This document shows positions 55,558-64,000 of a stretch of 64,000 bases of DNA, one piece after another. Source of the DNA: a virus. The position numbers were made by a program, and so were the translations under genes. Location of the stretch: the IMG/VR virus record IMGVR_UViG_3300035698_029335, positions 13,459 to 77,458 of that record; one strand, given 5' to 3'. Every line of letters begins with the position of its first letter. The stretch's first letter is position 1. The notes under the pieces were generated by a model, which saw nothing but the letters and a program-made list of their open reading frames with translations, did no database searches and was not told the DNA's origin.

Positions 55558-55568
55558 ACTGTATCCTT

Positions 55569-56057
55569 TTATCTAGTGTCGAAGTTGCCTCTGCGGCTTA
55601 CCACCGCGATGGCACTTATTTCGAATCTGTGATCTGCTTGCCCGAACAACTCTCTTGGCTCACCTAATTTAACTATCTCGTAAAAGCGATCGCCGTACAT
55701 TACGAAATCCCCCTCTCTTACGAACAATTGCTGGTCTTCTGTTAATCTACGCTTATGAAATCCAATAGCTATTCTAGAAGTCTTATCTACACCATGATTC
55801 GTTGTTGTTGTCTCACTGCCTTCCCAGTTAACCAAAGCATAAACTCTCACTGGAGGAAGAAAGCTCTTCTCTATAGCCTCTCCATAAAGAGGGTGGAAGT
55901 TAGTATGCTCAAGGCTGATAGGGTAATAGAGTACCGCTTGACCGATTACTTTCTCGATCAATTCATCATTTACTTGCTTTGTATAATTACGCTCTTTGGC
56001 ACCCAAAAAAAGTGGTGGAGGAGCGTTCTGGGGCTGAGTCCATTTATTATCTGCCAT
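55569..56057 (-). CDS. neck / head completion protein (gp14-like)
   Basis: E.I...GQ.V.YY, LYGE, GD; synteny. Confidence 0.7.
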   Translation of the reverse strand: MADNKWTQPQNAPPPLFLGAKERNYTKQVNDELIEKVIGQAVLYYPISLEHTNFHPLYGEAIEKSFLPPVRVYALVNWEGSETTTTNHGVDKTSRIAIGFHKRRLTEDQQLFVREGDFVMYGDRFYEIVKLGEPRELFGQADHRFEISAIAVVSRRGNFDTR

Positions 56058-56072
56058 CTTACACCTCCATTA

Positions 56073-57398
56073 TTATCCAACAAACACTGCTGAAGGAATC
56101 TTTTCAAGGATCCTACCTGCAGCATCGACCAAATCAGCTCTCTGACTTTGCAGCTCAGTATAGGTCACTGAATCAAGATATGTCGTTAGTTCTTCACGTA
56201 ACTTATTCTTTGCTTCTTCAGCTGAACTTACCAATTCCGGTCCATTAAGAGTTACCGACTCACCAGGAATAGGCACAACTGCAAATTTAGACCTAACTTG
56301 CCCCAACATACCCTTAGCTATCTCTAAGGCATATCTACGAATCCAATGCTTACCAATAGCATTGATGTTTTTGAATGGAATATTAGTAAATGGTAATGTA
56401 TTGACGTTATTCACGCCTCCAATGCGCTGGTCAACACTAGTAGAGCCAGTAGCGTTCATTACATTAGCATCTAGTCCAATGTTCTCACCGACACCAGAAA
56501 TAGTGAACTCAAACCACATTTTCTCAATAAGTGAGTACGAAGGAGCAGGAAAGAACCTGACTTTATTATTTCTCAGTTCATATGAGTAGTGAGATGTTCT
56601 TGTGAATAAATTAGACTCATATGCTTTTGCTTGCAATTTATTGTGCCACGCTGGTATGACTTCAAATGTGCTGTCATCGGCATACTGCCCATAGGACGAC
56701 AAGTTGCCAACCGTGTTTAAGCCACCATAGAGACCATAGAAACGCCACATAGCTCTTGGCGTCTTATAGAACACCTTTCTAACCACTATTCTATTGTTTC
56801 CAACTAATCCCGCATATGGTACACCGCCTCCGGCTGATGCTGAAACTACTGTAGCTTGCAGATCATAATCTTGTTTATCCGTGACGACGTCAATCGATGC
56901 TGAATACACAGTGCTCTTGCCGCCAACGTTCGCTTCTTGTGATATAGCGTCGCCAATGTCTCTGACTGACGACATGTCAAATTGTGCATATCTTAGTGAG
57001 ACAGAAGTGCTAGTTCCTCCCGAGATGGGGTTGCTGAGGCTCGCTGATAACGCCGAACCGGAAACATACTCACCATCATGGTTGAAACAACCCGTAGGGG
57101 CTCCAAGCAGGTCTGACAGCACGTTTTTTGCTTGATGTAGGTTTATTAAATTTGAATATTCTAGTACAGCAGTTTCGTATGAAGAATACACATTATTAGC
57201 TGTTAATTCTATATCAAGGACATCGCCACCGAAGCTTCGGTATGTAAATGCCACCTGATCTACAGCGCCAGATAGAAAGTTTGTGTCATCTGCATAAATA
57301 CCAAAAGGCAAACCAGACGCTACATTACCAAAAGTGCCTGTTGCTGGCAAGGTAATTGCGCTGGTTTGCGATGATGGTGATAATGTAGTGATTGCCAT
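56073..57398 (-). CDS. neck protein (gp13-like)
   Basis: G...LDIELT, WIRRYAL..AK..LG.VR.KF..P.PG..V.LNG..L. Confidence 0.8.
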   Translation of the reverse strand: MAITTLSPSSQTSAITLPATGTFGNVASGLPFGIYADDTNFLSGAVDQVAFTYRSFGGDVLDIELTANNVYSSYETAVLEYSNLINLHQAKNVLSDLLGAPTGCFNHDGEYVSGSALSASLSNPISGGTSTSVSLRYAQFDMSSVRDIGDAISQEANVGGKSTVYSASIDVVTDKQDYDLQATVVSASAGGGVPYAGLVGNNRIVVRKVFYKTPRAMWRFYGLYGGLNTVGNLSSYGQYADDSTFEVIPAWHNKLQAKAYESNLFTRTSHYSYELRNNKVRFFPAPSYSLIEKMWFEFTISGVGENIGLDANVMNATGSTSVDQRIGGVNNVNTLPFTNIPFKNINAIGKHWIRRYALEIAKGMLGQVRSKFAVVPIPGESVTLNGPELVSSAEEAKNKLREELTTYLDSVTYTELQSQRADLVDAAGRILEKIPSAVFVG

Positions 57399-57424
57399 GT
57401 TCGTTCTCCTACAGAGTTGCACTG

Positions 57425-57432
57425 TAAATAGT
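57425..57432 (-). promoter_or_regulatory. putative late promoter ACTATTTA
   Basis: 27 bp upstream of the neck ATG. Confidence 0.65.
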
Positions 57433-57450
57433 AACGAACAATCGTAATAC

Positions 57451-58959
57451 TCACAACTCTAACAAATACACATTGTGCCCACAGTCATGAATCTGAGCTA
57501 CTCCGGCTTCGATAGCCACTTGCTTTTCTGTCTTCTTTATCATGCCGTTGGACGGGTCTGGCTTTTGGGCTCTGAACTTAAACCTAAAGTGCCTTACCTT
57601 CCCATCCGTATAGAAGTATCCAGTCGACGTGGGTGCCAACTGCGTAAACCCAGCCTTCTTATATGCTCCTCCTTCGGAAAAGCGTCGATCTGCGTATGTC
57701 AAGATTTTCTCATACTTTTCTTCTCGGGCGTACTCTATGACTTTCTTGAAGATCTTTTGAAAACCCCCTACAACAACCGTATCTAGTGCTGATGCAAAGC
57801 GCGATATTTCCAACACATTATCCCCATGCTTCTTCTGAATAGGTCTTTTCACTGATACACACGATACTAATTCGTCGTTATAGTATAGACCGAAAGCTTT
57901 TTTGTACCGTGTTTTGCCTGCTATGTGTGTTGCGTCGAAGAAGTCTCTTGATATGTTGTTGGGAACTTCCCTCACTTCACACTTGCGCGCAAAGATACGT
58001 CGTGAAGTTACCCCAAGTCTATGGCGAATCATTGATTTAACTACTTGCGGCTTCTTTTCCCACTCATCGCTGAAGATATGGAACAACTGAACATCTTTGC
58101 TTGCACACTCTTCCGTCTTTTCTTTGTGATACTTCTTAGACACAAAGTCTGTTGTGTGCCAGTATAAGCCATTGAATTCTACTGCGAAATTCCTTGATGG
58201 CACGTATACATCCAACTCTTTTGGAGCGATTAGAGAGCGGTCTGAGGTGATAATATCGGGTGTAATATTTCTAATAAACTCTGCCACTTCTTGTTCTGGC
58301 TTGGATGGTCCCACATTGGAGCACTTAGGGCATCGCGAATCGTTACTGATAAAATTATGCACAGTACAATCAAATACTGCGCCACAAGAAGAATGTAGTA
58401 TTCCTTCTTTAGTTTCACTTCTGTATTTCTCTGCATCTTTTTGTCTTACAAGCTCATAGCCGTCGCTCCTTTCAACTGTATCGATGAACTTCGGACCAAC
58501 TGCGTCTTTTCTTGTCTTACACTTTGGACAAGTTGCGTTGCCTCTTTTCAGATCACCAATAGTTGCGCTAAATGCTGTACCACACTTAATATGCGTGACG
58601 TCAGTCCTCTGTCTGATCCCTTTATAAACAAACCCTTTTGGCAATTCATATTTACCTGCTACAAATTCATAAAACTCAACATCTTTTCGTAAATGCGAAA
58701 CTCTTTTTTCCGTAAAACATTTAGCTTCTGGGCACCGACTTCCTTCGCCGACAAATTTTGATATCTTGACATCCAATTCGCGACCACATTGCAAATGCCG
58801 CACATTTATTCTTTGGCGCGCATTGACGTATTTGAAATCACCAATGATCTCATAATCTTCTAGCGTTGCAAAAAGAAGCCGAATCTCACCTTCTCTCGCT
58901 TGTCTATTGAGTTCGTGTTTATTTACGCTTTTTTTCTTTTCAAGTTTGCTATCTGTCAT
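57451..58959 (-). CDS. Hef-like homing endonuclease with Zn repeats
   Basis: H..CG...CP.C repeats; ELDVY.P...AVEFNGLYWH; IFARKC; RF....VVGG..K; YAD.R.S.G..Y. Confidence 0.75.
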   Translation of the reverse strand: MTDSKLEKKKSVNKHELNRQAREGEIRLLFATLEDYEIIGDFKYVNARQRINVRHLQCGRELDVKISKFVGEGSRCPEAKCFTEKRVSHLRKDVEFYEFVAGKYELPKGFVYKGIRQRTDVTHIKCGTAFSATIGDLKRGNATCPKCKTRKDAVGPKFIDTVERSDGYELVRQKDAEKYRSETKEGILHSSCGAVFDCTVHNFISNDSRCPKCSNVGPSKPEQEVAEFIRNITPDIITSDRSLIAPKELDVYVPSRNFAVEFNGLYWHTTDFVSKKYHKEKTEECASKDVQLFHIFSDEWEKKPQVVKSMIRHRLGVTSRRIFARKCEVREVPNNISRDFFDATHIAGKTRYKKAFGLYYNDELVSCVSVKRPIQKKHGDNVLEISRFASALDTVVVGGFQKIFKKVIEYAREEKYEKILTYADRRFSEGGAYKKAGFTQLAPTSTGYFYTDGKVRHFRFKFRAQKPDPSNGMIKKTEKQVAIEAGVAQIHDCGHNVYLLEL

Positions 58960-59022
58960 CGAGAATCTCCTGATTTTTTAAAATTTTCCATATTATAGCA
59001 CATTTAGTGACGCGCACAGAGC

Positions 59023-59058
59023 ACTATACCATAGAAAAAGGGTCCTGTCAAGGACCCT
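59023..59058 (-). terminator. major capsid gene terminator overlapping the endonuclease promoter
   Basis: AGGGTCC-TTGACA-GGACCCT-TTTT; the loop TTGACA lies 17 bp from TATAGT. Confidence 0.75.
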
Positions 59059-59083
59059 AATTCAAACCATACACTCAGTTGGG

Positions 59084-60814
59084 TTATCCCAAGAGGTTTT
59101 GTACGATAACTAGTCCATATAAATCTGGACGTACCATCTTCTTGCCATATCGGGTCATAACTCCCTTTCTAGGTACAAAGTCCTCAATTCCGAAGATGGT
59201 AGGAGTAACTTGAAGTGGCACATAAGGAGCATACACGTATCCACTTTCGAGGAACGAAGAACCTTTACGTCCAACCAAGATTACATTACGAGGGAAGTAT
59301 GGATCAACATAGACATCCCATTTCTTCGACAAGCTGCCAGCTTTCACTGCGCCAATATCACCACGACCATCATCATGCACAACGTTTGCTCGGAAGCCAC
59401 TTGTGAACTCAAGGATGTTTGCAACTTCAGGACTTACGACCACAAAGTTAGCACCACCACGAAGAGTCTTACGGTGAATTTGAGCAGATACATCATTGAT
59501 GGTTTCTACTAGGGTCTCATACCATTCAGACACAGTACCGGTAAAGTCTGCACCGAACAACGACTCATTAGCAGTGCTGCTAATAGGGGTTCCAATGTCT
59601 CGGTTAAGGAATTTACCTGGACGACGTGACCAGTGATATACTGCAGCAGATGCACCTTTGATAAGGTCTTCAAGAAGCTCTTGATCAATCTCAAGACCAA
59701 TTTGCTCGGAGAGGATGCTCGTAAGCTCCACTTCTGCATCAAGGTTATGATATGCGTTCAAGTCTTGTCCTAGTTCAGGAGTCCATTTTGCTTTCAATTT
59801 TTTAGTCTTAGCAGTCACTTCAACCGAATCAACTTTGATATCGATTTCAGGGATAGCAGCTTCACCTTCCAAGCCCCATGCAGTTGCACCAGCTACGGAA
59901 CCAAGTCCACCACCAGCTACAAGATTATCGCCCATTGCGAAAGTAACGCCAGGCAATACAGCAGCTGCAGCCATTTCGATAGGAGTAGAAGTACCAGCCA
60001 AGTCAACAATCGCAATACGAAGGTGAGTATAAGTATCACCAGTTTGCTCAACACCAGCAGCATTCGACTTTGCAGTCAATCTACGTACTTGCGAACCTGA
60101 AGCAACACCCGAAAGAGTCACAGAGACAAGGTCACTACGATTAAAGGGTTTTCCACCGGATTCCAAAGCACTCAGAGGAGTGGTAAAGATAGCGGCAGTT
60201 GTGGTACCAGAAACCAAGTCAGGGTCATGACGCAAAAGCAAGTCAAGATTGACAGCTCCAACACCAGCATTTGCTCCACCGAACGTACCAGAAGCTACGT
60301 TAGTAAGGGTAATACCCGAAGCTGAACCAGTAGGTGAGCTATAACCGTTGTTAAGGTTGTAGAAAGACTTTTCAGAAGCTCCACCACTTTGCGAAAGATC
60401 AACACCACCAGTGATTTGGCTTGCAACACGTGCTCCACCATACACTGACTCATTAGCAATACTACCAAGACGTGAACTATTAGTAGTAAAGTCAAGGAAG
60501 AAGATAAGACCCGATGGCAAGCTCATAGGCTGAACAGAGACAAGCTCGTTAGCAATCAAAGCACCAAAGACTCTACGAACGATAGGGAACGCAACAGCTG
60601 CGAAACCTTCAACATCACCAGCAGCCATAGAACTTGCTTCACGAAGCAATTCAGCAGCTTGGTTCTCTAGCAATCGAGCCATATTGCCTTTGGCATGCTC
60701 CGATTGTAGACCTTCAAGAAGACCGGTTTCGGTCCACTTATTGAGAAGTGCATGACTTTCGGCTGAACGGTCAACCTTAGAAATGCCTTCTGTTAATTTT
60801 TTCAATACACTCAT
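59084..60814 (-). CDS. major capsid protein (gp23-like)
   Basis: LLENQ, P.VRR, VQPM..PSGLIF, AKTKKLKA.WT.EL.QDL.A.H..DAE.EL, YAPYVPL, G.MTRYG. Confidence 0.96.
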   Translation of the reverse strand: MSVLKKLTEGISKVDRSAESHALLNKWTETGLLEGLQSEHAKGNMARLLENQAAELLREASSMAAGDVEGFAAVAFPIVRRVFGALIANELVSVQPMSLPSGLIFFLDFTTNSSRLGSIANESVYGGARVASQITGGVDLSQSGGASEKSFYNLNNGYSSPTGSASGITLTNVASGTFGGANAGVGAVNLDLLLRHDPDLVSGTTTAAIFTTPLSALESGGKPFNRSDLVSVTLSGVASGSQVRRLTAKSNAAGVEQTGDTYTHLRIAIVDLAGTSTPIEMAAAAVLPGVTFAMGDNLVAGGGLGSVAGATAWGLEGEAAIPEIDIKVDSVEVTAKTKKLKAKWTPELGQDLNAYHNLDAEVELTSILSEQIGLEIDQELLEDLIKGASAAVYHWSRRPGKFLNRDIGTPISSTANESLFGADFTGTVSEWYETLVETINDVSAQIHRKTLRGGANFVVVSPEVANILEFTSGFRANVVHDDGRGDIGAVKAGSLSKKWDVYVDPYFPRNVILVGRKGSSFLESGYVYAPYVPLQVTPTIFGIEDFVPRKGVMTRYGKKMVRPDLYGLVIVQNLLG

Positions 60815-60835
60815 TTTACAATTCTCCTTAAGAAT

Positions 60836-62065
60836 TTATTCTTTTATTCCGGCAAGTGCTTTCCATCTTTGACTATCTGGATGGTTAGCTATTTTACGTT
60901 GACTACTACGTGCAAACATTGATTTCTGTTTGTTCAACTCTTCACTTAGTGATTTCGGCTTCCGCGTTTTTGCAGGTGTGCCCACTGAGTCTATAAGCGC
61001 TTCATAAACAGCTCTTGCTTCATCAACACTTCCGGTTCTAGAAATAGCTTCGGCAATTTTTTCTTTTTGCCGCTCATTCAAGGAGATGCTCTTTAGAACC
61101 TCGTTTGTGTAAAGCAGTCTGGCATTAGTAAGATTGATATCTTGTAATACTTCCGACAACTCTACGACCTTTGACTTAAACTTATCGCTTCGGTCTTTAA
61201 GGTCTTTGTTCTCTTTAATTAGAGATTTCTTTTCTGAAAGAAGTTTTTTATTTTCATTTAATAGCTTGCCTTCAATTTTCTTTGTTTCTGTCAACACAAT
61301 TTTCTTGATCTGTGCTACGCCAATTGATTCGGTTACTTTGCTTGTTAGCTGCGGCACTTCCGGTTGCTTTTTAAAGCTATTCATAAAAACCTTTGTTGGT
61401 GCACTATGAACCTTTCCGGCATCACCTTGTACAGCAAGAAAGAATTCTACTTCCATTCCATCTGCACTTTTCACTGTAAACACATTTTCGCGCTTATCAA
61501 GGTAATGGTCGCCAGTTTGCGGGAAGCCATTTTTATAAAAATCTGCAGAAATGCCAGAAGATTCCTCAAGTTCTTCACCACCAGAACCACCGTTTGGAGG
61601 CTCATTGCCATCTGCCAGCATTTCTGCCAGTGCTTGCTCGTCGAGGTCCAATTCTTCATCTGAGCCGTCTTCTAGTCCAAGCTCTCCAGCCAGTTCCTCA
61701 TGACCAATGGTATCTTCCCCTTGGAATCCATCGTCACGCATTTGTTGTTCTAGAGCATCGAAATCGATTTCAATTTCTTCACCCTCATCAGGACAAGCAC
61801 ACAGTTGTTCTCCATCGGTGACTGCTAAGGGAAGATTAATGTCGTCATCAGCGACGCCCCGACCTTGGTCGGCTCCAGCACCTGCGGCGCCAAACATATC
61901 ACCCAACTCTTCATCCTCTGCAGGGTCATCCTGCTCAAGAATTACGTTGACTGCTTCTTTAATTTGTAGTGAATACTTGTCTAAAAGAGAGTCTTCTGCG
62001 ATTTTGAACGCGGCTTCTTTTAGAGTTTTTGCATCTACAATTGCTTGTTTTAACATTTGCGACAT
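60836..62065 (-). CDS. prohead scaffold/core protein (gp22-like)
   Basis: Acidic coiled coil directly upstream of the capsid gene; NARLLY.N; ends RWKALAGI. Confidence 0.75.
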   Translation of the reverse strand: MSQMLKQAIVDAKTLKEAAFKIAEDSLLDKYSLQIKEAVNVILEQDDPAEDEELGDMFGAAGAGADQGRGVADDDINLPLAVTDGEQLCACPDEGEEIEIDFDALEQQMRDDGFQGEDTIGHEELAGELGLEDGSDEELDLDEQALAEMLADGNEPPNGGSGGEELEESSGISADFYKNGFPQTGDHYLDKRENVFTVKSADGMEVEFFLAVQGDAGKVHSAPTKVFMNSFKKQPEVPQLTSKVTESIGVAQIKKIVLTETKKIEGKLLNENKKLLSEKKSLIKENKDLKDRSDKFKSKVVELSEVLQDINLTNARLLYTNEVLKSISLNERQKEKIAEAISRTGSVDEARAVYEALIDSVGTPAKTRKPKSLSEELNKQKSMFARSSQRKIANHPDSQRWKALAGIKE

Positions 62066-62098
62066 TGTTTCTATACCCCTTGAAAATGTTTCTCGTCG

Positions 62099-62106
62099 TA
62101 AATAGT
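62099..62106 (-). promoter_or_regulatory. putative late promoter ACTATTTA
   Basis: 34 bp upstream of the scaffold ATG. Confidence 0.65.
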
Positions 62107-62183
62107 GTTTTGGAAATGTAAAAGTCTTACAAATTTAATAATCGCATGTCATAGTCTCCTATTAACATGCGATTATAGCTATT

Positions 62184-62381
62184 TTACGCTTCTTCTTCTC
62201 TAGCTAGCTTCTCTAAAGTCTTTACACGACGTCTAGCCTTTTCTCTTCTTACAGCAGAAGGCTTTACATAACTCTGCCTATCTCTATATTCTTCTACTAT
62301 TCTTGCTTTTTTACACTTATTCAAAAACTTCTTTATAGCTCTTTCAATATGTTCACCCTTCTCGGGTCTAACTGCAACCAT
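62184..62381 (-). CDS. rpsU: ribosomal protein bS21 homologue
   Basis: V.V...E.IERAIKKF..K.....I.EE.R.R..Y.KPS..RR. Confidence 0.85.
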   Translation of the reverse strand: MVAVRPEKGEHIERAIKKFLNKCKKARIVEEYRDRQSYVKPSAVRREKARRRVKTLEKLAREEEA

Positions 62382-62391
62382 TTCTACCTCT

Positions 62392-62835
62392 TTATCTTAT
62401 TTGTTTTATTATGCCAAGTTTTGATATATCAATACCCGGATCATTTGGATCTGCATCACTCAATGCGCCACCATTTGGCGTTCCCTCTCTTGCACCAACA
62501 TCTGCTTTTATCGCTTTTACTCCACCAAAGATGTCGACGCCATTGATGTTCATGCCAGCGATACCACTGTACGCTCCTTCAACGGACTCTTCAATTAGTT
62601 CGCGTTGCCTCGAACGCATACTTTCGCTGAATGCTGCTAGTGGTTCCCTAATAGGCTTTTGCTCTGGCACAGACTGTACGGGTCTCTGTTGCGCTTGTGA
62701 TTCTTTCAGCACTGGCATCATACCCTTCATTACTTCTGCTACTATATTGCTTACAATACCGCTTTCTAAGAGAGCCTCTTGTATGCATTCACTTACAATT
62801 GGTTTGATTAAATTTTTCAAGTCGCTCTTTTTCAT
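62392..62835 (-). CDS. hypothetical head-associated protein
   Basis: N-terminal MKKSDLKNLIK.IV.E.I.E; coupled to the protease gene. Confidence 0.6.
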   Translation of the reverse strand: MKKSDLKNLIKPIVSECIQEALLESGIVSNIVAEVMKGMMPVLKESQAQQRPVQSVPEQKPIREPLAAFSESMRSRQRELIEESVEGAYSGIAGMNINGVDIFGGVKAIKADVGAREGTPNGGALSDADPNDPGIDISKLGIIKQIR

Positions 62836-63440
62836 TATTCTCCCAAAATATCATTCAACAGTCTGTTGATTTTATCACCTTTCGTGAAGATATTAGTGTT
62901 GTTTTTTGATTCACGTATATTCATAAACGCATTTTGAGTTGATGGTTCACTAACCATGTCAAAGCACAATAGTGTAAAGTCGTCTTCGACAATTGTGCCA
63001 CCATGTGTCTCTGTAACTGAGCCTAGTCCGCGTGATGAGATACCAAGCTTGACACCGCCATTGATAAGTTCTTTGAGAATCTGACCAGAAGGAGTGTTGA
63101 GGATTTTAATCTTTCCCATCACCTCGTTACCTTCCCACCAAATTTCTGTAACCAGGTGAGAAGCGTTCTTTAGGTTTATCACTGAGTCGTCTGGGTGGTC
63201 TAGTTCTCCCAACGCCCGCTTCTCTTGTACGAGCTTCTTATAGTTTTCTACTTCTCGCGTCAGCACTCGCTTACCATACACTCTGCCATTGCCGTTCTTC
63301 GCGTCAGCACGTTGCATGATTCCCGTAAGGTACATTGCAGTACCTGTTTTTACTTCCAACTTTTCAGATTCGTTGAGATGATCTTCACAGATCCCACCTT
63401 CGCACAAGCCAAACCATTCACGCAATAGCATCTTATTCAT
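62835..63440 (-). CDS. prohead core protease (gp21-like)
   Basis: N.NGRVY, ALGELDHP, SH, TPSG, GISSRG.GS, D.V..PS...A. Confidence 0.93.
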   Translation of the reverse strand: MNKMLLREWFGLCEGGICEDHLNESEKLEVKTGTAMYLTGIMQRADAKNGNGRVYGKRVLTREVENYKKLVQEKRALGELDHPDDSVINLKNASHLVTEIWWEGNEVMGKIKILNTPSGQILKELINGGVKLGISSRGLGSVTETHGGTIVEDDFTLLCFDMVSEPSTQNAFMNIRESKNNTNIFTKGDKINRLLNDILGE

Positions 63441-63443
63441 AAC

Positions 63444-63908
63444 TTACTTCCTCTGTAGAGCGTCTCTAACTAACATTGCAATATCCAACAGCTTGTCTTC
63501 GACATTTAGCTCTATATCTGTTATTCTTTGTGGAGATGAATTTTTCATGTTTTGTCGAACAAATCTTTCGAGAGGTCGCCACATCACATCATAAAGATGT
63601 TGAGACGTCAACTCTCCGCTGGTAGTTGGACCACCAAGACCATCGTCTTCCTCTTCTTCTTCGAGCATCCAGTCTGGCAAACCTTCTTTAGAAGCCAGCT
63701 GCGATTTGTGAGCAGATTGAAAAGCTTTTTCTTTCTGGTCTGCAGCTGCAGCAGCTCCACTATTATCTGTAGAACTTAAATGATCTCTATAAGCATCACC
63801 TTGGGCAGCTTGCTTTAATTGCTTCGCAAAAGGTCCCTTCATTTCCTTGAGGTAGTTCCTTACCTCTTCATCAATAGCCTTATTTAGGCGCTCTTTCGTA
63901 ATCTTCAT
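63444..63908 (-). CDS. hypothetical head-associated protein
   Basis: N-terminal MKITKERLNKAIDEEV; GGGGG SD-like. Confidence 0.6.
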   Translation of the reverse strand: MKITKERLNKAIDEEVRNYLKEMKGPFAKQLKQAAQGDAYRDHLSSTDNSGAAAAADQKEKAFQSAHKSQLASKEGLPDWMLEEEEEDDGLGGPTTSGELTSQHLYDVMWRPLERFVRQNMKNSSPQRITDIELNVEDKLLDIAMLVRDALQRK

Positions 63909-64000
63909 TATATTAAATCCCCCATTGTGTCTTCAACACTGCACTGATATTTTGTATATCTTCATCGGTATTATAAAACACCAACCTGCCTATTTCACCA

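Noticed and set aside
1351-63779. Plus-strand ORFs in the track (e.g. 5037..5552, 46606..47124, 48971..49501)
   Set aside because: All are antisense shadows of well-supported minus-strand genes, with no recognisable motifs.

Overview
A 64-kb piece of a large T4-like (myovirus) phage genome, with essentially all real genes on the minus strand and standard genetic code 11. In transcription order (right to left) there are four blocks. (1) Head, neck, tail and baseplate genes (prohead protease, phage bS21, scaffold, major capsid, neck, sheath, tube, chaperone, tape measure, baseplate). (2) Replication and nucleotide metabolism (short PolA, tubulin-like protein, gp32-like SSB, RecA/UvsX, 5'-3' exonuclease, gp41-like helicase, class II RNR, GroES-like protein, ThyX, DnaE). 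(3) An ~11-kb early accessory block. (4) dUTPase, Dam, IMPDH/GMPR, ClpP and an amidase. The most striking feature is that two replisome genes are fractured by split inteins. The helicase halves flank an endonuclease gene bounded by ATGAAAC repeats. The DnaE halves lie 12.1 kb apart because the accessory block appears to have integrated, apparently as a circle, into the endonuclease gene between them. That block carries most of a ~20-member family of small GDLV (SH3/KOW-like) genes, including a tandem array with conserved ~78-bp junctions and variable cores. It is driven by a distinctive TTGACA-N8-ATGATCTGN-TANNNT promoter class. All functional calls come from motif recognition by eye; no searches were run.
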